NCBI GenBank assembly: GCA_964544935.1
Contig: CAZJDZ010000003.1
Span: 24,568-88,567 of the forward strand
DNA from: an uncultured Candidatus Saccharibacteria bacterium
GTDB taxonomy: Bacteria > Patescibacteriota > Minisyncoccia > Phycocordibacterales > UBA5272
DNA: 64,000 bases
Direction of reading: 5' to 3'
The notes under the pieces are model-generated. The model searched no databases. It saw only the letters and a program-made list of their open reading frames with translations, and was not told where the DNA came from. The position numbers and the translations under genes are program-made. Below, in pieces: positions 29,092 to 38,229 of this stretch. The first letter of the stretch is position 1. Each line of letters opens with the position of its first letter.

Positions 29092-29706
29092 ATGACACCA
29101 CACGCAGAAGGACTTGTAGATATCGGAAGACTTATTCTTGCCTTTGCAAAGGTAAACAGAGTGACACTTCATGAAGATGGAAAACGTCCAGAGTCAGACA
29201 CAGATCATACTGTTATGGTAAGTGTTTGTGCGTGTGCGCTTGCAGAGAGGCTCTATAAAGATCTGGATATTGGAAAGGTGTCACAGTTTGCAACGGTGCA
29301 TGACCTTGTTGAAGCGTATGCAAATGATACTGATAGTTTTGGAATCACTGATGAGCAAAGAGCAGAGAAAGAAAAGCGTGAACATGAGGCATATCTTCGG
29401 ATACGTAAAGAATTTGACAGTGTTTTCCCTTGGATAGGAGAAACAATAGAAAGCTATGAAAAGCTTGATACTAAAGAAGCTCGTTTTGTGAAGACTGTTG
29501 ATAAAGCAATGTCTAAGATTACTCATATTCTAAACGGGGGACAATATTTTAAAAATAGAGGACTAGATGAAGAAACAATGTGGCGAGATTATAAAACACT
29601 AACAGCTACAGCAGAAAAGAAATATGGTGCAGAATTTCCCGAAATAGTAGTGCTTATGGAAGAGCTTATTCTGGAAGCAAAAGATGTGACATATCACAAA
29701 AAGTAA
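29092..29706 (+). CDS. HD-domain phosphohydrolase (YfbR-like 5'-deoxynucleotidase candidate)
   Basis: H...HD signature: ESDTDHT followed by ATVHDLVEAY...D. Confidence 0.55.
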   Translation: MTPHAEGLVDIGRLILAFAKVNRVTLHEDGKRPESDTDHTVMVSVCACALAERLYKDLDIGKVSQFATVHDLVEAYANDTDSFGITDEQRAEKEKREHEAYLRIRKEFDSVFPWIGETIESYEKLDTKEARFVKTVDKAMSKITHILNGGQYFKNRGLDEETMWRDYKTLTATAEKKYGAEFPEIVVLMEELILEAKDVTYHKK

Positions 29707-29753
29707 TGAGCTTCTTTGTTATGAAAAACTTCCTGCTATACTAGAAAAAATAT

Positions 29754-30599
29754 ATGACATACGCATTTTTTGACCTCCATTCACATCTTCATGATAAGGC
29801 ATATCATCATGATGTTGAGGAAGTTATCGGAGAAATGAAATCCTACGGTGTCGGGTCAATTACTGTAGGGACTGATCTTTTGTTAAGCAAGGAGGCGATA
29901 GCACTTGCTGAGAAGCATGATAACTTGTATGCAACTATTGGTCTTCATCCAGCGGACAATGTGACTGAGGATTTTGACGAGAAAGCTTTTGAAAAACTTC
30001 TTGGTAGTAAAAAAATTGTAGGAGTAGGGGAATGTGGACTTGATTATCATTACATAGAAAATTTTTTTGAAAGAGATAAAGAGGAGAAAGGGCTTATTCA
30101 TACAAGAGATGAAGAGAAGAATCGTCAGCAAAGAATTTTTAAAGAACAGGTAGAGTTTGCATGTAAACATAATTTGCCACTCATGCTGCATGGTCGTCCA
30201 AGTAAAAAAAGTATGGATGCATATGAGGACATGCTCATAATTCTTGAAGAAGCAAAAAAAGAACATGGAACCAAGTTACGAGGTAATACACATTTTTTTG
30301 TAGGGAATATTGAAATAGCAAAACGATTTGTTGATATTGGTTTTACAATGAGCTTCTCTGGAGTGATTACATTTACAAAAGACTATGATGATGTGGTAAG
30401 ATTTCTCCCAATTACAATGATTCATGCAGAGACTGATAGTCCATACGCAACACCATCCCCATTTCGAGGCAAGCGTAATAGTCCAATGTATGTTCAGGAG
30501 GTGGTGGCTAAGATTGCGGTACTGCGTAACGAGCCTTTTGAAGAGGTGAGGACACAGCTTCTAGAAAATGCCAAGAGAATCTTTGATTTGACGTTTTAG
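29754..30599 (+). CDS. tatD: TatD-family metal-dependent hydrolase/DNase
   Basis: FDLHSHL (HxH), VGVGECGLDYH and HAETDSPYATPSPFRGKRNSPMYV match TatD blocks. Confidence 0.8.
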   Translation: MTYAFFDLHSHLHDKAYHHDVEEVIGEMKSYGVGSITVGTDLLLSKEAIALAEKHDNLYATIGLHPADNVTEDFDEKAFEKLLGSKKIVGVGECGLDYHYIENFFERDKEEKGLIHTRDEEKNRQQRIFKEQVEFACKHNLPLMLHGRPSKKSMDAYEDMLIILEEAKKEHGTKLRGNTHFFVGNIEIAKRFVDIGFTMSFSGVITFTKDYDDVVRFLPITMIHAETDSPYATPSPFRGKRNSPMYVQEVVAKIAVLRNEPFEEVRTQLLENAKRIFDLTF

Positions 30600-30675
30600 G
30601 TAGAAAGTGTAGGATATGGCGTAGGTAGCTCTATTCTTCCTTTTCTTAACTCTGGCTACGGCCAAGGAGGTAACC

Positions 30676-30945
30676 ATGAAAGCAAATGGTTCGGCCACCC
30701 TGGGCCAGAATCAGATTCAGGGAATGGTCATCAAGGTCAAGCCACAAGGTGACGGAACCCTCAGGTTTCGTGTCACATGCCATGACTCAAAGGGGCGCGT
30801 TGCACACTACAAAGATTTCTACCTTCCTCCGGAGAGCAGTTTCCGAGAGAGGGTGGTTGCAGGTCGTCGTGCACGTGTCACTTACGAACAACAACCAGGT
30901 CGCCCGCGGGCAACCCCTCTTGAGATTGAGCTTGTCAGTGAATGA
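30676..30945 (+). CDS. hypothetical small protein in a GC-rich (about 53%) islet
   Basis: 89 aa. Strong SD (CCAAGGAGGTAACC-ATG). Followed by inverted repeat AAAATGCCGT...ACGGCATTTT (30964-31007). An overlapping alternative-frame ORF exists. Confidence 0.4.
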   Translation: MKANGSATLGQNQIQGMVIKVKPQGDGTLRFRVTCHDSKGRVAHYKDFYLPPESSFRERVVAGRRARVTYEQQPGRPRATPLEIELVSE

Positions 30946-31063
30946 AGGCTCGATCGCAGAATCAAAATGCCGTTTTGCTCCCATAAAGAGCAAGACGGCA
31001 TTTTCTACTGGTCTACTTTTTGAGGCTTTGATTTATATATATAATGTGGTATAATGCGCTCCT

Positions 31064-31579
31064 ATGACTGAAATAAATGAAACCACAATAGACAGCCGTA
31101 TATACGAAATTTCTTTCATCTTTGATAACAAACTAGATGAAGAAACGGCGCTTGCAAAGAGTAACGCAATCAAGCAGTCTATTGCTACCCTAGGAGGTAG
31201 CTTCATTTCAGAAGAAGCTCCGTACATGCGTGAGCTCGCTTATGAAATGATTCGCGTTGTTAATAATGTGAATGTTCGTTTCAATGTTGGATACTTCGGA
31301 TGGATCAAATTTTCTCTCGATGCTTCAAAGGTAAAAGAACTTGAGAAGAGTATCAAGCTTGATGAAGAAGTAGTTCGCTACTTAGTTGTGTCTACTGTTG
31401 CAGAAAACACTGTATACACAAAACGTGCTCCAGTTATCAAAGCAGAAACACTCGTTGATAATGAAGACGATGTAGTGGCTCCTCTTGTAGATATTGATAC
31501 TACAGCGGATGCTGATATTGTAGATGTTCCAGTAGTAGAAACTCCTGCTGAAACTGTTACTAGCGAAGAAGTTAAATAA
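31064..31579 (+). CDS. rpsF: 30S ribosomal protein S6 (with acidic C-terminal extension)
   Basis: YEISFIF...ATLGGSFISEEAPYMRELAYEM follows the S6 pattern (YE..F.....GG...R.LAY.I). Conserved rpsF-ssb-rpsR order. Confidence 0.7.
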   Translation: MTEINETTIDSRIYEISFIFDNKLDEETALAKSNAIKQSIATLGGSFISEEAPYMRELAYEMIRVVNNVNVRFNVGYFGWIKFSLDASKVKELEKSIKLDEEVVRYLVVSTVAENTVYTKRAPVIKAETLVDNEDDVVAPLVDIDTTADADIVDVPVVETPAETVTSEEVK

Positions 31580-31684
31580 GGATTACACTTATGTACAGCC
31601 ATTAGCTAGTAGCCAGTAGGTGTTAGCTAATACAAATTACATTATTAAGCTAATAGCTCTATACCAGCAGTTGAACATAACCGT

Positions 31685-32149
31685 ATGTATTTAAACAAAG
31701 TATTTTTATTCGGAAATCTTACTCGCGACCCAGAACAGAAGTCACTTCCTAATGGAACCGCAGTAACTAACTTCTCTCTTGCAACTAATCGTACCTATAA
31801 AGATGCGAATGGTGCACGACAAGAACAGGTAGAATACCACAACATTGTTGTGTTCGGACGCCAAGCAGAAACAAGTGCACAGTACCTTAAAAAAGGGCAA
31901 GGGGTAATGATCGAAGGCCGTATCACAACACGATCATGGGATGATAAGACAACTGGTGAGAAGAAGTACCGTACAGAAATTGTTGCTGATGCAGTACAGT
32001 TCGGACCTAAGTCCTCCGGTGCTCCTGTTGCTGAAGGCTTCGCAGGAAATCCAACTCCAGTAACCCCAAAGGGTTCATCTTCAGTTCCTGATCTCGATAC
32101 TATTGATTACGGTGATTCGAACATCAATATCGACGATATCCCTTTTTAA
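31685..32149 (+). CDS. ssb: single-stranded DNA-binding protein
   Basis: OB-fold N-terminus (NKVFLFGNLTRDPE...) and the canonical acidic tail ...DDIPF. Confidence 0.9.
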   Translation: MYLNKVFLFGNLTRDPEQKSLPNGTAVTNFSLATNRTYKDANGARQEQVEYHNIVVFGRQAETSAQYLKKGQGVMIEGRITTRSWDDKTTGEKKYRTEIVADAVQFGPKSSGAPVAEGFAGNPTPVTPKGSSSVPDLDTIDYGDSNINIDDIPF

Positions 32150-32154
32150 ACGCT

Positions 32155-32330
32155 GAAGAAATGCGGAACAGACGCAGACTGACGCGGAAGGGATCCAGTT
32201 TCGGTACAAGCTCGTTACTTATATATAAAATTAGTTCGTAACAAAATACATTATTAAGTTAAAATAAATACGATCACGTTTGCTTCCGCGAAGTTCCGCG
32301 TGAAGTCCGCGCTGATCCACGACTCTATGA
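32155..32330. repeat. ssb-rpsR intergenic region carrying inverted copies of the GC-rich short repeat family (GCGGAAC.GACGC.G / TTCCGCG)
   Basis: GCGGAACAGACGCAGACTGACGCGGAAGG at about 32163-32191. Inverted partner CTTCCGCGAAGTTCCGCGTGAAGTCCGCG at about 32282-32312. An AT-rich core lies between them. Confidence 0.5.
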
Positions 32331-32530
32331 AAAAACAAGATCACTTCAATCAGAATAACATCAAGTTTATCGACTACAAGGATACAGAAATCCTCGTTAA
32401 GTTTTTGAATCCACACGCTCGTATTCTTAATCGCCGTAAGACTGGTCTTACTGCTAAGAATCAGCGTGCACTCGCAAACGCAATCAAGCGCGCTCGCTTC
32501 ATGGGACTTCTTCCTTACGTAGCACACTAA
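32300..32530 (+). CDS. rpsR: 30S ribosomal protein S18
   Basis: [51 protein letters not shown] is canonical S18. The true start may be the internal MKKQDHF (ATG 32327), because the first codons overlap the upstream repeat. Confidence 0.85.
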   Translation: MKSALIHDSMKKQDHFNQNNIKFIDYKDTEILVKFLNPHARILNRRKTGLTAKNQRALANAIKRARFMGLLPYVAH

Positions 32531-32631
32531 GGTAGAGTGTTTTAATAAAAAACAACTTGCTTATGTAAGTTGTTTTTTATTATGTACATAGTATCCTTAG
32601 TATATTATTCTAGATACAGTAATCATACATT

Positions 32632-33237
32632 ATGAAAACAGGAAATCGTATACTCATGCAACAGGCAAGGGAGTCATTATCAGGGAAATGGTTTCTCGCA
32701 ATACAGTTTAGCCTTATTCTTTTTGTACTTACCACTGCAAGTAATTTTGTTCCTTTCCTTTCACTCGTAATCTCAGGACCACTCTATTTTGGTATCGTAT
32801 ATGTTTTTCTTAAGTTATCAAGAAATGAAACTCCAATGCTTTCAGATAGTATGATTGGATTTAATAGTTTTGTAAGAAATTTTCTTGCATACGTTCTTGT
32901 AGTTATTTTTGTTATATTGTGGATGATACTTCTTATTGTTCCTGGAATTATTGCTGCGTACGCATATGCTTTAACTTTTTTTATTCTGGCAGATGATCCG
33001 AGTATTTCCGCACTTAATGCTATTAAGAAGAGTAAGGAAATGATGCGTGGAAATAAATGGAAGCTCTTCTGTCTTTTCTTAAGATTCATCGGGTGGATGA
33101 TTCTCGCTCTTTGTACATTTGGTGTTGGATTTTTGTGGTTGATGCCATATATGCAAATGACACTTGTTAAATTCTATGAAGATGTAAAAGCAGGGTATCA
33201 AGAAGCTCCTATTGAAATAGGGGGAGCTACACAGTAG
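32632..33237 (+). CDS. integral membrane protein (DUF975-like)
   Basis: 201 aa with 4-5 TM helices. Assignment by topology and weak similarity only. Confidence 0.35.
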   Translation: MKTGNRILMQQARESLSGKWFLAIQFSLILFVLTTASNFVPFLSLVISGPLYFGIVYVFLKLSRNETPMLSDSMIGFNSFVRNFLAYVLVVIFVILWMILLIVPGIIAAYAYALTFFILADDPSISALNAIKKSKEMMRGNKWKLFCLFLRFIGWMILALCTFGVGFLWLMPYMQMTLVKFYEDVKAGYQEAPIEIGGATQ

Positions 33238-33310
33238 ATTTTTTTAGAATACAAAAGTGCAGTCTACGGCCGCACGTTTGTATTCTTGTTTTTAGGCTTA
33301 TACTTAGTGC

Positions 33311-33667
33311 ATGCAAGAACAAGAGCCACAATCACAAGGGGGAGAAAATATGACGCCAGAAAGATTATTTGATAATTATTCTGGTGAAGCAGTTATGAGA
33401 CGTTACGCAACCCATCTTAGTGCTGAAGGAGGTTCATTAAAAGATATTTTTTACGGCACCTTATATCAAGCAAGAGAAAATGATTATGTTGCATTTGATT
33501 CCGGAAAGGAAGATATAGCACTTGCTGACTACCTTGACAGGCTCCCTACAGAGAATAGAAAAGAATTAGTTCTACTTTTGGGAGATTATCAATACTCTAA
33601 TGTATCTACTGTTGATAGAGATTCTATAGTAGACAGAATAAGAGAAATACTTGGTTCTATTCACTAA
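33311..33667 (+). CDS. hypothetical protein
   Basis: 118-aa ORF. No recognised motif. Confidence 0.3.
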   Translation: MQEQEPQSQGGENMTPERLFDNYSGEAVMRRYATHLSAEGGSLKDIFYGTLYQARENDYVAFDSGKEDIALADYLDRLPTENRKELVLLLGDYQYSNVSTVDRDSIVDRIREILGSIH

Positions 33668-33768
33668 TTTCCATATCAGTTTACCTTTGGCAAAATGACA
33701 CTTTTTTGCTAGTATAAGAATATTGTAATTATTAGTTTTTTTATCATATACATTATATAACATACCCT

Positions 33769-34392
33769 ATGTCACAACCATCGCATCCAAAAAAAGAAAG
33801 AACATTTATCATCCTTAAACCAGACGCAGTTCAGCGTGGCTTGGTAGGTGAAATCATCAAGCGTTTTGAACGTATTGGTCTTAAGATTGTTGGAATGAAG
33901 ATGCACATGGTAAAAGAAGAAACTCTCTGGGATCATTATAATAAAGATGATGCATGGTATCTTAAGAAGGGTACAAATATTACCGAGAACAAGAAGAAGT
34001 TGGGCATGGTAATTGATAAGGAACCTATTGAATACGGAAAAGATATTATTCGCGCAATGGTGCACTACATGTGTGCAGGTCCTGTTGTGTCCATCGTGAT
34101 TGAAGGTAACAATGCACAAGCAGTAGTAAAGCGTCTTGTTGGTGGTACAGAGCCAGCAACAGCAGACTCAGGGACTATCCGCGGAGATTTTGCTCTTGAT
34201 TCATACATGCTCTGTGATACTGATGGAAGTCGTGGTATGCGTAATCTTATTCACTGTACCGATCCTGCAGATGGTGAAGGGGCATACGCTCGTGAAGTTG
34301 CACTCTGGTTTACACAAGCAGAATTACATGACTATCGTTTGGTAACTGAAGCCATGCTGTACGATGTTAATCTCGATGGAATTCTAGAATAA
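33769..34392 (+). CDS. ndk: nucleoside-diphosphate kinase (long form with internal insertion)
   Basis: ERTFIILKPDAVQRGLVGEIIKRFERIGLKIVGMKM and NLIHCTDPADGEGAYAREVALWF match NDK blocks, including the catalytic His in HCTD. 207 aa against about 140-150 typical. Confidence 0.8.
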   Translation: MSQPSHPKKERTFIILKPDAVQRGLVGEIIKRFERIGLKIVGMKMHMVKEETLWDHYNKDDAWYLKKGTNITENKKKLGMVIDKEPIEYGKDIIRAMVHYMCAGPVVSIVIEGNNAQAVVKRLVGGTEPATADSGTIRGDFALDSYMLCDTDGSRGMRNLIHCTDPADGEGAYAREVALWFTQAELHDYRLVTEAMLYDVNLDGILE

Positions 34393-34690
34393 TTGTTTAA
34401 AATCTGGAAAAGAAAATAATAGAGGCAATGCAAAAAAGCATTGCTTTTATTATTCTTTTTAGAGTAATACAAGAGGTCAATAAGTTATCCACATAAGTCA
34501 CTGTTTTTTTACTTGAAATATCTTGCGGACATCTTTTCATAAGATTATACCTAAGATAGGTGCTTCAGACATCTAACTACCAATTTTGTACACGGGTTTA
34601 TGAGATATTGTGTAATGCGTGACATTTACATTTCTTTACCCACTTACGCGCAAGCGTAGGAAGATGCCGTACGAAGCACCTCCTTTATAG

Positions 34691-34730
34691 AAAAGACCCA
34701 AGCGTTATGAACTTGGGTCTTTTCTTTTCT
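34691..34730 (+). terminator. rho-independent terminator in the ndk downstream region
   Basis: AAAGACCCAAG-CGTTATGAA-CTTGGGTCTTTTCTTTTCTC. Confidence 0.55.
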
Positions 34731-34799
34731 CAAAAACATATTGATTCTGTATGTATAAAAATAATTATTGTACTTTTTTTATTTTGTGTTTATAATGAA

Positions 34800-34960
34800 A
34801 GTAGGGTGCTTAGGTATTTTTCTGGATAATACATCTTTGGGTTATGGAATATTGAGAACTGGACTGTGGTCCTATTCGTTTCCTACCCACCTGACTTAAA
34901 ACATCAGGAAGATGTCCTAACACCCTAACGAGAAAATCCACCGCAAGGTGGATTTTCTCG
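34800..34960 (+). ncRNA. candidate structured small RNA ending in a strong hairpin (identity unknown)
   Basis: Closing complementarity GTAGGGTGCTTAGG ... CCTAACACCCTAAC. Terminal perfect hairpin GAGAAAATCCACC-GCAA-GGTGGATTTTCTC at about 34928-34958. No ORF with a plausible product. Speculative. Confidence 0.2.
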
Positions 34961-34984
34961 TTCGTATAACTCTCGTTTAGAATC

Positions 34985-35407
34985 TTGCTGAAGGCTAATG
35001 GATTGTTTCTGCGTAAGTCTGCGGTAGAGCGTTGTGATATACTTTTAAGAATGAAATATATTATTAGTTCAGTTTTATATCTCGTCATACTTCTTTGCCT
35101 TTCTGTATTTGTATTTGATCCAGCTCATCTATATTATGAGATCCCTTGGCTTGATGTTCCTATGCATATCATGGGAGGGTTTGGGGTAGTTTCTCTTGTT
35201 CTTTCCATTGCTTCATACAATGGAAAAAAACTTTCACTACGAACTGCGTTAGTTGCATTCTTTATTGTTGCAATTGGTTGGGAGTTGTATGAACTTGGAC
35301 ATGATTTTGTTGACCAGAGAGAGTGGGGTGGGTGGAGCGATACATTTTCAGATATTATTAATGGCACACTTGGTGCATCTGTTGCGTACTACTTTCTTAA
35401 AAAATAA
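34985..35407 (+). CDS. hypothetical small membrane protein
   Basis: 3-4 TM helices. The likely true start is MKYIISS (about 35051). Confidence 0.35.
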   Translation: MLKANGLFLRKSAVERCDILLRMKYIISSVLYLVILLCLSVFVFDPAHLYYEIPWLDVPMHIMGGFGVVSLVLSIASYNGKKLSLRTALVAFFIVAIGWELYELGHDFVDQREWGGWSDTFSDIINGTLGASVAYYFLKK

Positions 35408-35412
35408 TTTTT

Positions 35413-36786
35413 ATGTCGACATTTACTATTACGTTTGTGGGTGGTGCACAAATGCCAACAGGGTCTAACTTCTTGGTTGAGTTTGGTGGTAAAAAAATTC
35501 TCATCGATTGTGGTCTTGTGCAAGGGGAAAAATATTCATTGCCAATTAACAGTGAGCCTTTTACCTATGATCCTGCAAGTATCGATATGCTTTTTATAAC
35601 TCATGCGCATCTTGATCATGTGGGACGTATACCAAAACTTGTTCGTGATGGTTTTAAGGGTCAGATTATTAGTACTGACCCAACACGAGAAATGGGGGAA
35701 CTCATTATGCTCGACTCCCTCGGCATTCTTGGGAAAGAAGCAGCAAATGCTGGAATACCAGCGCTCTATGAAGAAAAAGATGTATTTGAAAGTATGCATC
35801 TTTGGACAAACACACTCACCTATGAGACACCATTTACTATCAATACAAACGATGGAGATGCTGTTGTTACCCTGCATGATGCTGGACATATTTTAGGAAG
35901 TTGTATTGTTGAAATTGCCTATAAAGGTAAGAAGCTTGCTTTTACAGGTGACCTTGGTAATACACCGTCTCCTCTTATGCGAGACACGACACCACTCAAG
36001 GATATTGATTATCTTGTTATGGAGAGTGTCTACGGTGATAGAAACCATAAAGATAAAGATAAGCGCGTTGAGATATTTAAGGAAGCGGTAATTAGTACGG
36101 TTCAAAAAGGTGGGACAGTTTTGATTCCGTCATTTTCTATTGAGAGAACGCAAGAGATGCTCATGGCATTTAATGAATTGGTTGAGTCAAATCAGATTCC
36201 AGAGATTCCTGTGTACCTTAATTCGCCGCTCGGAATCAACATCACTAAGGTGTACAAAAAGTACGAGAGCTGGTTCAACGAGAATGCAGAGTCAATTATT
36301 AAAAGTGGTGATGATATTTTTAAGTTTAAAGGGCTCATCGAAACACCTACACCAGATGAGAGTAAAGCTATCAATAACGATAATCGTCCAAAGGTAATAA
36401 TTGCAGGAAGTGGTATGAGTAATGGGGGAAGAATTCTTCATCATGAAGCAAAATACTTGCCTGACCCAAACAGCACAATTATCATTGTTGGATATCAAGC
36501 AGTAAACACTGTAGGTCGACATATTGTTGATGAAGAGAAGGAGGTATATATCCACGGTAATCCAATTCCGCTTCGGGCACGTGTGGTAAACATTCATGGT
36601 TTTTCTGCTCACAAAGATTCTGATCACCTGATTGAATTTGTTGATTCAACAAAAGAGACACTTAAAAAAGTTTTCATTGTCTTAGGCGAACCGAAGAGTA
36701 CATACTTTTTAGGACAAAGAATTCACGAAGTGTATGACGTACCAGTACTTGTGCCTGAGAAAGGAGACAAGGTGGAGCTAGATTAG
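35413..36786 (+). CDS. MBL-fold beta-CASP family ribonuclease/hydrolase (RNase J / CPSF-like)
   Basis: Metallo-beta-lactamase HxHxDH motif (FITHAHLDHVGRIP) with downstream D/H residues. 457 aa, consistent with MBL plus beta-CASP architecture. Confidence 0.7.
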   Translation: MSTFTITFVGGAQMPTGSNFLVEFGGKKILIDCGLVQGEKYSLPINSEPFTYDPASIDMLFITHAHLDHVGRIPKLVRDGFKGQIISTDPTREMGELIMLDSLGILGKEAANAGIPALYEEKDVFESMHLWTNTLTYETPFTINTNDGDAVVTLHDAGHILGSCIVEIAYKGKKLAFTGDLGNTPSPLMRDTTPLKDIDYLVMESVYGDRNHKDKDKRVEIFKEAVISTVQKGGTVLIPSFSIERTQEMLMAFNELVESNQIPEIPVYLNSPLGINITKVYKKYESWFNENAESIIKSGDDIFKFKGLIETPTPDESKAINNDNRPKVIIAGSGMSNGGRILHHEAKYLPDPNSTIIIVGYQAVNTVGRHIVDEEKEVYIHGNPIPLRARVVNIHGFSAHKDSDHLIEFVDSTKETLKKVFIVLGEPKSTYFLGQRIHEVYDVPVLVPEKGDKVELD

Positions 36787-36835
36787 AATAAGATAATAAG
36801 ACTAGTACGATAGTTAAGACAGCAAGAAATAAAAA

Positions 36836-36866
36836 AAGAGTGGCGCCGTAGGTGCCACTCTTTTTA
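36836..36866 (+). terminator. terminator after the MBL/beta-CASP gene (CGTAGG-loop family)
   Basis: AAGAGTGGCGC-CGTAGG-TGCCACTCTTTTT. Confidence 0.6.
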
Positions 36867-36963
36867 ATCTTCCAAGTCTATATAGTCTTAATATCATGAG
36901 TGTTTTTATTTCGTTTTCCGCTATCAACTATTCACTATCAGCTATTAGCTATATACTATCGAG

Positions 36964-37539
36964 ATGAGAGCTCAAACGATTACGATTAGTGTTTCTGGTG
37001 CAGCTGAAATTGCACACTGTGGACCTTCAGTGATTCCTGTTGCCAAAGAACTTGGTCGTGAAATAGCTCGCCAAGGAGCTCAGATTATTACCGGAGCAAC
37101 AAGCGGTTTTCCTCTCTATGCCGCCGAAGGAGCCAAGGAAGCTGGAGGGTTTTCTTTTGGACTTTCACCAGCTGCAAGTAAAAAAGAACACCTTGAAGTT
37201 TATCGGCTTCCACTGAAAGCCATGGACACAGTTATTTACACTGGGTTCGGATTCCCGGGGCGTGATCTGATGCTTATACGTTCCTCTGACGCGGTTGTTA
37301 TTGGTTGTGGCCGTATTGGTACCATCCATGAGTTTACGGTTGCCTGGGAGGCAAATATGCCCCTTGGGATCCTAGAAGGGGAATGGGCAACCGATGAAGT
37401 AATACGAAATATTATTAAGAACAGTAATCGTGAAAACCCAAATGTTATCTTTGAAAAAGACCCAAAGATAATTGTTGAAAAATTAATCAAAATGGTTAAA
37501 GAAAAGGAAAATAGCGGCGAGAGGGAGATGAGGTTGTAG
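36964..37539 (+). CDS. LOG/SLOG-type Rossmann-fold protein (TIGR00725-like)
   Basis: Gly-rich blocks ITGATSGFPLYAAEGA and VIGCGRIGTIHEF resemble LOG-family (GGGxGxMG ... PGGxGTxEE) motifs. The gene is GC-richer than its flanks. Confidence 0.45.
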   Translation: MRAQTITISVSGAAEIAHCGPSVIPVAKELGREIARQGAQIITGATSGFPLYAAEGAKEAGGFSFGLSPAASKKEHLEVYRLPLKAMDTVIYTGFGFPGRDLMLIRSSDAVVIGCGRIGTIHEFTVAWEANMPLGILEGEWATDEVIRNIIKNSNRENPNVIFEKDPKIIVEKLIKMVKEKENSGEREMRL

Positions 37540-37569
37540 AAGATAGAGTATAGAGATACAGAGAAAAGA

Positions 37570-37600
37570 AAAGAGCGACGTCGTAGGCGTCGCTCTTTTC
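37570..37600. terminator. bidirectional terminator between the LOG-like gene and rplT (CGTAGG-loop family)
   Basis: AAAGAGCGACG-TCGTAGG-CGTCGCTCTTTTC. Confidence 0.55.
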
Positions 37601-37640
37601 TAGTATCTATATTCTGTCAGTATAGCGGTCTAGTATCTGT

Positions 37641-37988
37641 CTATCCATTCACCTGTGATACGATACGAGCAAATGTTTCTGGATTGTCTTGTGCAAGCTC
37701 AGAAAGCATCTTACGGTTGATAACCATTCCTTTCTTAGTAAGCTTATCAATGAAAACACTGTATGTTGTTCCAAGAGCGCGGAGTCCAGCATTGAGGCGA
37801 ACAGTAAAGAGGCGACGGAAGTCAGTCTTCTTATCCTTTCGGTGAGCAAAAGCATGAGCTCCAGCATGACGAAGAGCTACCTTTGCTTCAACTTCCTTCT
37901 TACTTCGTCCAAAGCGATAGCCTTTAGCTGCTTTAAGGACATTGCGACGATGCTTCATCGCTATTTTGCTTCTTTTTACTCGTGACAT
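37641..37988 (-). CDS. rplT: 50S ribosomal protein L20
   Basis: MSRVKR...KGYRFGRSK...RRLF..RLNA canonical L20. infC-rpmI-rplT order. Confidence 0.9.
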   Translation of the reverse strand: MSRVKRSKIAMKHRRNVLKAAKGYRFGRSKKEVEAKVALRHAGAHAFAHRKDKKTDFRRLFTVRLNAGLRALGTTYSVFIDKLTKKGMVINRKMLSELAQDNPETFARIVSQVNG

Positions 37989-38028
37989 AGTGTTTGATTA
38001 AATAAATAATGAGTCTCTCAAAAGGATC

Positions 38029-38217
38029 TTATAGAAGACCTGGAAGGAAACGAGACTTTTCTTTTCCTGTCATCGCAAATTCCTGTCCACGCTTACCAGC
38101 AAGCTGCTTTCGGCGAGATGCTTTTGCGTTAAAGTGGTTAAGACCTGGCTTACGACCAATGATCTTACCATTTTTTGTGACCTTAAGTCGCTTGAGGAAT
38201 GATTTGTTTGTCTTCAT
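38029..38217 (-). CDS. rpmI: 50S ribosomal protein L35
   Basis: 62 aa, highly basic, MKT.KS..KR.K.T..GK pattern of L35. Lies between infC and rplT. Confidence 0.8.
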   Translation of the reverse strand: MKTNKSFLKRLKVTKNGKIIGRKPGLNHFNAKASRRKQLAGKRGQEFAMTGKEKSRFLPGLL

Positions 38218-38229
38218 AAAAGTTTTCCA

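Noticed and set aside
30686-31054. 122-aa alternative-frame ORF overlapping the 89-aa ORF at 30676-30945
   Set aside because: The 30676 frame has a near-perfect SD (AGGAGGT) at ideal spacing and ends before the inverted repeat. The +1 frame has no SD and gives an Arg/Ser-rich translation typical of a GC-driven open frame. At most one of the two is real.
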